Assembly: GCA_900234795.1 (NCBI GenBank)
Contig: LT962688.1
Coordinates: 1,170,001 to 1,202,000 of the forward strand
Direction: 5' to 3'
DNA: 32,000 nt
Source of the DNA: Methylorubrum extorquens
Lineage (GTDB): Bacteria > Pseudomonadota > Alphaproteobacteria > Rhizobiales > Beijerinckiaceae
Positions 27,888 to 32,000 of this stretch are shown here, in pieces. Within the stretch, counting starts at the first letter, position 1. Each line of letters opens with the position of its first letter. The translations under genes were made by a program, and so were the position numbers. The notes under the pieces were generated by a model. It did not search any database. It was not told the DNA's origin and saw only the letters and a list, made by a program, of their open reading frames with translations.

Positions 27888-27907
27888 ATCTAAGAATATC
27901 CTTAGAT
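27888..27907 (+). promoter_or_regulatory. Inverted repeat in the mxaF 5' leader
   Basis: ATCTAAG-aatatc-CTTAGAT has 7-bp perfect arms and lies about 40-60 nt downstream of the predicted start site, in an AT-rich patch. Confidence 0.4.
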
Positions 27908-28016
27908 TCATGATGCGGCACTTCGGATGACTTCCGAGCGGGCCTGGAACCTCAGAAAAACGTCTGAGAGATACCGCGAGGCCGAAAGGCGAGGCGGTTC
28001 AGCGAGGAGACGCAGG

Positions 28017-29897
28017 ATGAGCAGGTTTGTGACATCAGTCTCGGCCTTGGCGATGCTGGCGCTCGCGCCGGCCGCGCTGTCGAGCGGGGCCTACGCCAAC
28101 GATAAGCTGGTCGAGCTGTCGAAGAGCGACGACAACTGGGTGATGCCCGGCAAGAACTACGATTCGAACAACTTCAGCGACCTGAAGCAGATCAACAAGG
28201 GCAACGTGAAGCAGCTTCGGCCGGCTTGGACGTTCTCGACCGGCCTGCTGAACGGCCACGAGGGTGCGCCGCTCGTCGTCGACGGCAAGATGTACATCCA
28301 CACCTCGTTCCCGAACAACACCTTCGCTCTCGGCCTCGACGATCCGGGCACGATCCTGTGGCAGGACAAGCCGAAGCAGAATCCGGCCGCCCGCGCCGTC
28401 GCCTGCTGTGACCTCGTCAACCGCGGCCTCGCCTACTGGCCCGGCGACGGCAAGACCCCCGCGCTGATCCTCAAGACCCAGCTCGACGGCAACGTCGCCG
28501 CCCTCAACGCCGAGACCGGCGAGACGGTGTGGAAGGTCGAGAACTCCGACATCAAGGTCGGCTCGACGCTCACGATCGCCCCCTACGTCGTCAAGGACAA
28601 GGTCATCATCGGTTCCTCGGGCGCCGAGCTCGGCGTGCGCGGCTACCTGACCGCCTACGACGTGAAGACCGGCGAGCAGGTGTGGCGCGCCTATGCCACG
28701 GGTCCGGACAAGGACCTGCTGCTGGCCTCCGACTTCAACATCAAGAACCCCCATTACGGTCAGAAGGGCCTCGGCACCGGCACCTGGGAGGGCGATGCCT
28801 GGAAGATCGGCGGCGGCACCAACTGGGGCTGGTACGCCTACGATCCGGGCACCAACCTGATCTACTTCGGCACCGGCAACCCGGCGCCGTGGAACGAGAC
28901 CATGCGTCCGGGCGACAACAAGTGGACGATGACGATCTTCGGCCGCGATGCCGATACGGGTGAAGCCAAGTTCGGCTACCAGAAGACCCCGCACGACGAG
29001 TGGGACTATGCCGGCGTCAACGTCATGATGCTCTCCGAGCAGAAGGACAAGGACGGCAAGGCCCGCAAGCTGCTGACCCACCCGGACCGCAACGGCATCG
29101 TCTACACGCTCGACCGGACCGACGGCGCGCTCGTCTCGGCGAACAAGCTCGACGACACGGTCAACGTGTTCAAGTCGGTGGATCTCAAGACCGGCCAGCC
29201 GGTGCGCGATCCCGAATACGGCACCCGGATGGACCACCTCGCCAAGGACATCTGCCCCTCGGCGATGGGCTACCACAACCAGGGTCACGACTCGTACGAT
29301 CCGAAGCGTGAACTGTTCTTCATGGGCATCAACCACATCTGCATGGATTGGGAGCCCTTCATGCTTCCCTATCGTGCGGGTCAGTTCTTCGTCGGTGCGA
29401 CGCTGAACATGTATCCGGGCCCGAAGGGCGACCGTCAGAACTACGAAGGTCTCGGCCAGATCAAGGCGTACAACGCGATCACCGGCGACTATAAGTGGGA
29501 GAAGATGGAGCGCTTCGCCGTGTGGGGCGGCACCATGGCCACCGCGGGCGACCTCGTCTTCTACGGCACGCTCGACGGCTACCTGAAGGCGCGCGACTCC
29601 GACACGGGTGATCTTCTCTGGAAGTTCAAGATCCCGTCCGGCGCCATCGGCTACCCGATGACCTACACCCACAAGGGCACGCAATACGTCGCCATCTACT
29701 ACGGCGTCGGCGGCTGGCCGGGTGTGGGCCTCGTGTTCGACCTCGCCGACCCGACCGCCGGTCTCGGCGCGGTGGGCGCCTTCAAGAAGCTCGCCAACTA
29801 CACCCAGATGGGTGGCGGCGTGGTGGTGTTCTCGCTCGACGGCAAGGGTCCCTACGACGATCCGAACGTCGGCGAGTGGAAGTCGGCCGCCAAGTAA
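28017..29897 (+). CDS. mxaF: PQQ-dependent methanol dehydrogenase large (alpha) subunit, Ca-type
   Basis: ATG at 28017 follows GAGGAGA. A signal peptide ends ..[13 protein letters not shown]. The vicinal Cys pair (VACCD) and the catalytic region [11 protein letters not shown] are present; DYAG is the Ca-type MxaF pattern, not the XoxF pattern DYDG. The gene is followed by mxaJ, mxaG and mxaI. Confidence 0.97.
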   Translation: MSRFVTSVSALAMLALAPAALSSGAYANDKLVELSKSDDNWVMPGKNYDSNNFSDLKQINKGNVKQLRPAWTFSTGLLNGHEGAPLVVDGKMYIHTSFPNNTFALGLDDPGTILWQDKPKQNPAARAVACCDLVNRGLAYWPGDGKTPALILKTQLDGNVAALNAETGETVWKVENSDIKVGSTLTIAPYVVKDKVIIGSSGAELGVRGYLTAYDVKTGEQVWRAYATGPDKDLLLASDFNIKNPHYGQKGLGTGTWEGDAWKIGGGTNWGWYAYDPGTNLIYFGTGNPAPWNETMRPGDNKWTMTIFGRDADTGEAKFGYQKTPHDEWDYAGVNVMMLSEQKDKDGKARKLLTHPDRNGIVYTLDRTDGALVSANKLDDTVNVFKSVDLKTGQPVRDPEYGTRMDHLAKDICPSAMGYHNQGHDSYDPKRELFFMGINHICMDWEPFMLPYRAGQFFVGATLNMYPGPKGDRQNYEGLGQIKAYNAITGDYKWEKMERFAVWGGTMATAGDLVFYGTLDGYLKARDSDTGDLLWKFKIPSGAIGYPMTYTHKGTQYVAIYYGVGGWPGVGLVFDLADPTAGLGAVGAFKKLANYTQMGGGVVVFSLDGKGPYDDPNVGEWKSAAK

Positions 29898-29937
29898 GGC
29901 CTGAAGCCGGAACTGCCTGACGGCAGATGCGAACCGC

Positions 29938-29963
29938 CCCTTCCCCGCTCATTCGGGGGAGGG
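29938..29963 (+). other. GC-rich stem-loop 40 nt after the mxaF stop
   Basis: CCCTTCCCCG-ctcatt-CGGGGGAGGG forms a 10-bp stem with one G-U pair. There is no U tract. Confidence 0.5.
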
Positions 29964-30161
29964 ACGGGGCCCAGATGGCGCGGGCACGAACGGCCCGTGA
30001 CGGTCCGCGCCACCTCATGTCCCTCTCCGCAGACCCTCGTCCCGCGCGCCGCCGACGTCGCGCAGGCGATCGTCGGCACGGGGAGATGCGCCAAGGGCAG
30101 GTCTCAGCCGAAAAAGCCCGGCGCCAAGATTTCATAAGAATAAGCCAGAGGAAACGAACCT

Positions 30162-31064
30162 ATGTCGCTCGTGAACGGACGGCGCCGTACAGCCGCATCG
30201 GTCGTCGCTCTGACCGCTGCCCTGACCGCCTTCGCCGCCCTGTGCGCACCCGCCCAGGCGCAGGACACGAAAGCCACCTCGAAAGCCGCCGAGGCCGCGA
30301 AACCCGATGCCGGGACCTTGCGCGTCTGCGCCGCCGAGCAGCCGCCACTCTCGATGAAGGACGGCTCGGGGCTGGAAAACCGCATCGCGACGACGGTGGC
30401 CGAGGCCATGGGCCGCAAGGCCCAGTTCGTATGGCTCGGAAAGCCCGCGATCTACCTCGTGCGCGACGGGCTGGAGAAGAAGACCTGCGACGTGGTGATC
30501 GGGCTCGATGCCGACGACGCCCGCGTGCTGACCAGCAAGCCCTATTACCGCTCGGGCTACGTCTTCCTCACCCGCGCCGACAAGGATCTCGACATCAAGT
30601 CCTGGTCCGATCCGCGCCTGAAGGACGTCAGCCACATGGTGGTCGGCTTCGGCACGCCCGGCGAGGCGATGCTCAAGGATATCGGCCGCTACGAGGAGGA
30701 CATGGCCTACCTCTACTCGCTGGTGAACTTTCGCGCGCCGCGAAATCAATACACGCAGATCGATCCGGCCCGAATGGTGAGCGAGGTCGCCACCGGCAAG
30801 GCCGAGGTCGGCGTGGCCTTCGGGCCCGACGTCGCCCGCTACGTGCGCGACTCCTCGACCAAGCTGCGCATGACCCCCGTGCCCGACGACACGCAGGCCA
30901 GCGACGGACGGAAGATGCCGCAGAGCTTCGACCAGGCGATGGGCGTGCGCAAGGACGACACCGCCCTGAAGGCGGAGATCGACGCCGCCCTGGAGAAGGC
31001 CAAGCCGAAGATCGAGGCGATCCTGAAGGAGGAGGGCGTGCCCGTGCTGCCCGTCTCCAACTGA
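30162..31064 (+). CDS. mxaJ: MxaJ, periplasmic solute-binding-like protein of the methanol dehydrogenase system
   Basis: 300 aa with ATG after GAGGAAA and a signal peptide ending ..CAPAQA/QD. It occupies the position between mxaF and mxaG. Confidence 0.9.
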   Translation: MSLVNGRRRTAASVVALTAALTAFAALCAPAQAQDTKATSKAAEAAKPDAGTLRVCAAEQPPLSMKDGSGLENRIATTVAEAMGRKAQFVWLGKPAIYLVRDGLEKKTCDVVIGLDADDARVLTSKPYYRSGYVFLTRADKDLDIKSWSDPRLKDVSHMVVGFGTPGEAMLKDIGRYEEDMAYLYSLVNFRAPRNQYTQIDPARMVSEVATGKAEVGVAFGPDVARYVRDSSTKLRMTPVPDDTQASDGRKMPQSFDQAMGVRKDDTALKAEIDAALEKAKPKIEAILKEEGVPVLPVSN

Positions 31065-31206
31065 TCCCGACCGAGAGCCGTATCCGACCTGATGGCATCA
31101 GGCCGGCGCCTCTAAATCTTTGTTTTAACACGCTTTCTTTCGCAGAACCGGCGCCCACTTCGTCGGAAAGCGTCCTAAACGTGTGCTGAGGACCAAGAAC
31201 AAGACG

Positions 31207-31800
31207 ATGATGAACCGCGTAAAGATCGGAACCGCCCTTCTCGGCCTCGCGCTCGCCGGCATTGCCCTGCCCGCGCTCGCCCAGCCGCAATCCGGGCCGC
31301 AGACCGGCGTCGTGTTCCGCAACACCGTGACCGGCGAGGCGCTCGACGTGTCGCAAGGCAAGGAGGGCGGCCGCGACACGCCCGCCGTGAAGAAGTTCCT
31401 CGAGACCGGCGAGAACCTCTACATCGACGACAAGTCCTGCCTGCGGAATGGCGAGAGTCTGTTCGCGACCTCCTGCTCGGGCTGCCACGGCCACCTCGCC
31501 GAGGGCAAGCTCGGGCCGGGTCTGAACGACAATTACTGGACCTACCCGTCCAACACCACGGATGTGGGCCTGTTCGCCACGATCTTCGGCGGCGCCAACG
31601 GCATGATGGGCCCGCACAACGAGAATCTGACGCCCGACGAGATGCTTCAGACCATCGCCTGGATTCGCCACCTCTATACGGGGCCGAAGCAGGACGCCGT
31701 CTGGCTCAACGACGAGCAGAAGAAGGCCTACACGCCCTACAAGCAGGGCGAAGTCATCCCGAAGGACGCCAAGGGCCAGTGCAAGCCGCTGGACGAGTGA
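31207..31800 (+). CDS. mxaG: Cytochrome cL, electron acceptor of methanol dehydrogenase
   Basis: A signal peptide (..LPALA/QPQ) and the single heme motif CSGCH are present. I chose the start at the ATGATG at 31207 rather than the track GTG at 31183. Confidence 0.9.
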   Translation: MMNRVKIGTALLGLALAGIALPALAQPQSGPQTGVVFRNTVTGEALDVSQGKEGGRDTPAVKKFLETGENLYIDDKSCLRNGESLFATSCSGCHGHLAEGKLGPGLNDNYWTYPSNTTDVGLFATIFGGANGMMGPHNENLTPDEMLQTIAWIRHLYTGPKQDAVWLNDEQKKAYTPYKQGEVIPKDAKGQCKPLDE

Positions 31801-31905
31801 TCCTTCGGGGTTTCGGGCCGGGCTCGAACCGGCGCGATCGAGGGGGCGGGATCGCCGCTCGCGACAAGTCCCAAGAAGAGCAAGTCCCATAAAGTGGAGG
31901 AAACC

Positions 31906-32000
31906 ATGAAGACCACTCTCATCGCCGCCGCCATCGTCGCCCTGTCCGGCCTCGCCGCCCCGGCGCTCGCCTATGACGGCACCAAGTGCAAGGCCGCGGG
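31906..32000 (+). CDS. mxaI: Methanol dehydrogenase small (beta) subunit, 5' fragment truncated by the window end
   Basis: ATG at 31906 follows GGAGGAAACC. The translation MKTTLIAAAIVALSGLAAPALA/YDGTKCKAAG matches the known MxaI signal peptide and mature N-terminus as I recall it. Confidence 0.85.
   Translation, partial: MKTTLIAAAIVALSGLAAPALAYDGTKCKAA

Noticed and set aside
28017-29897. Whether the PQQ dehydrogenase could be a lanthanide-dependent XoxF rather than MxaF.
   Set aside because: The active-site segment reads DEWDYAGV (Ala, not the extra Asp that XoxF enzymes use for lanthanide coordination). The gene is followed by mxaJ, mxaG and mxaI, the Ca-type operon.
31817-31833. tRNA T-arm-like sequence on the minus strand (GCCGG-TTCGAGC-CCGGC).
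   Set aside because: No matching acceptor stem is present: the 3' flank CCGAAAC has no GTTTCGG about 65 nt upstream. There is no D-arm or anticodon arm. I interpret it as an intercistronic hairpin.

Overview
Visibly high-GC alphaproteobacterial chromosome (GC not computed). I recognise it as Methylobacterium/Methylorubrum extorquens-like, because the right end carries the divergent mxaW / mxaF-mxaJ-mxaG-mxaI (Ca-dependent PQQ methanol dehydrogenase) locus with the classic mxaF promoter region. The rest is mostly core genome. On the minus strand there is an envelope-glycosylation operon (ArnT-like GT-C, GT2, LAB_N, DUF2721-like). Also present are an acyl-CoA synthetase, a two-component pair, a degenerate ANL-family protein, cspA, mfd, sdhE, recG, a DUF502 protein, a GlcG-like protein, glmS, glmU, and an MBL / DUF2243 / DUF4336 cluster. 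I saw no tRNA, rRNA, CRISPR array, IS element or prophage. The most interesting observations are these. (1) The sensor kinase at 6308-7561 has an N-terminal membrane domain that aligns residue for residue with the plant ETR1 ethylene-binding domain, including the Cu-ligand Cys/His pair. (2) The mxaW-position gene reads as a secreted trypsin-like serine peptidase. (3) Four of about 33 genes are broken by single-base frame shifts, and every shift sits in a C/G homopolymer (C4, C6, C4, G8). This points to homopolymer miscalls in the assembly, although the G8 tract could be a real slippage site. (4) Three kinds of structured non-coding element are present: a palindrome-ended 41-47 bp repeat bracketing the kinase gene, a 114-bp nested palindrome between sdhE and mfd, and a tandem 12-mer with mutually exclusive hairpins downstream of recG. 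Many long ORFs in the track lie antisense or out of frame to these genes and are GC-content artefacts.
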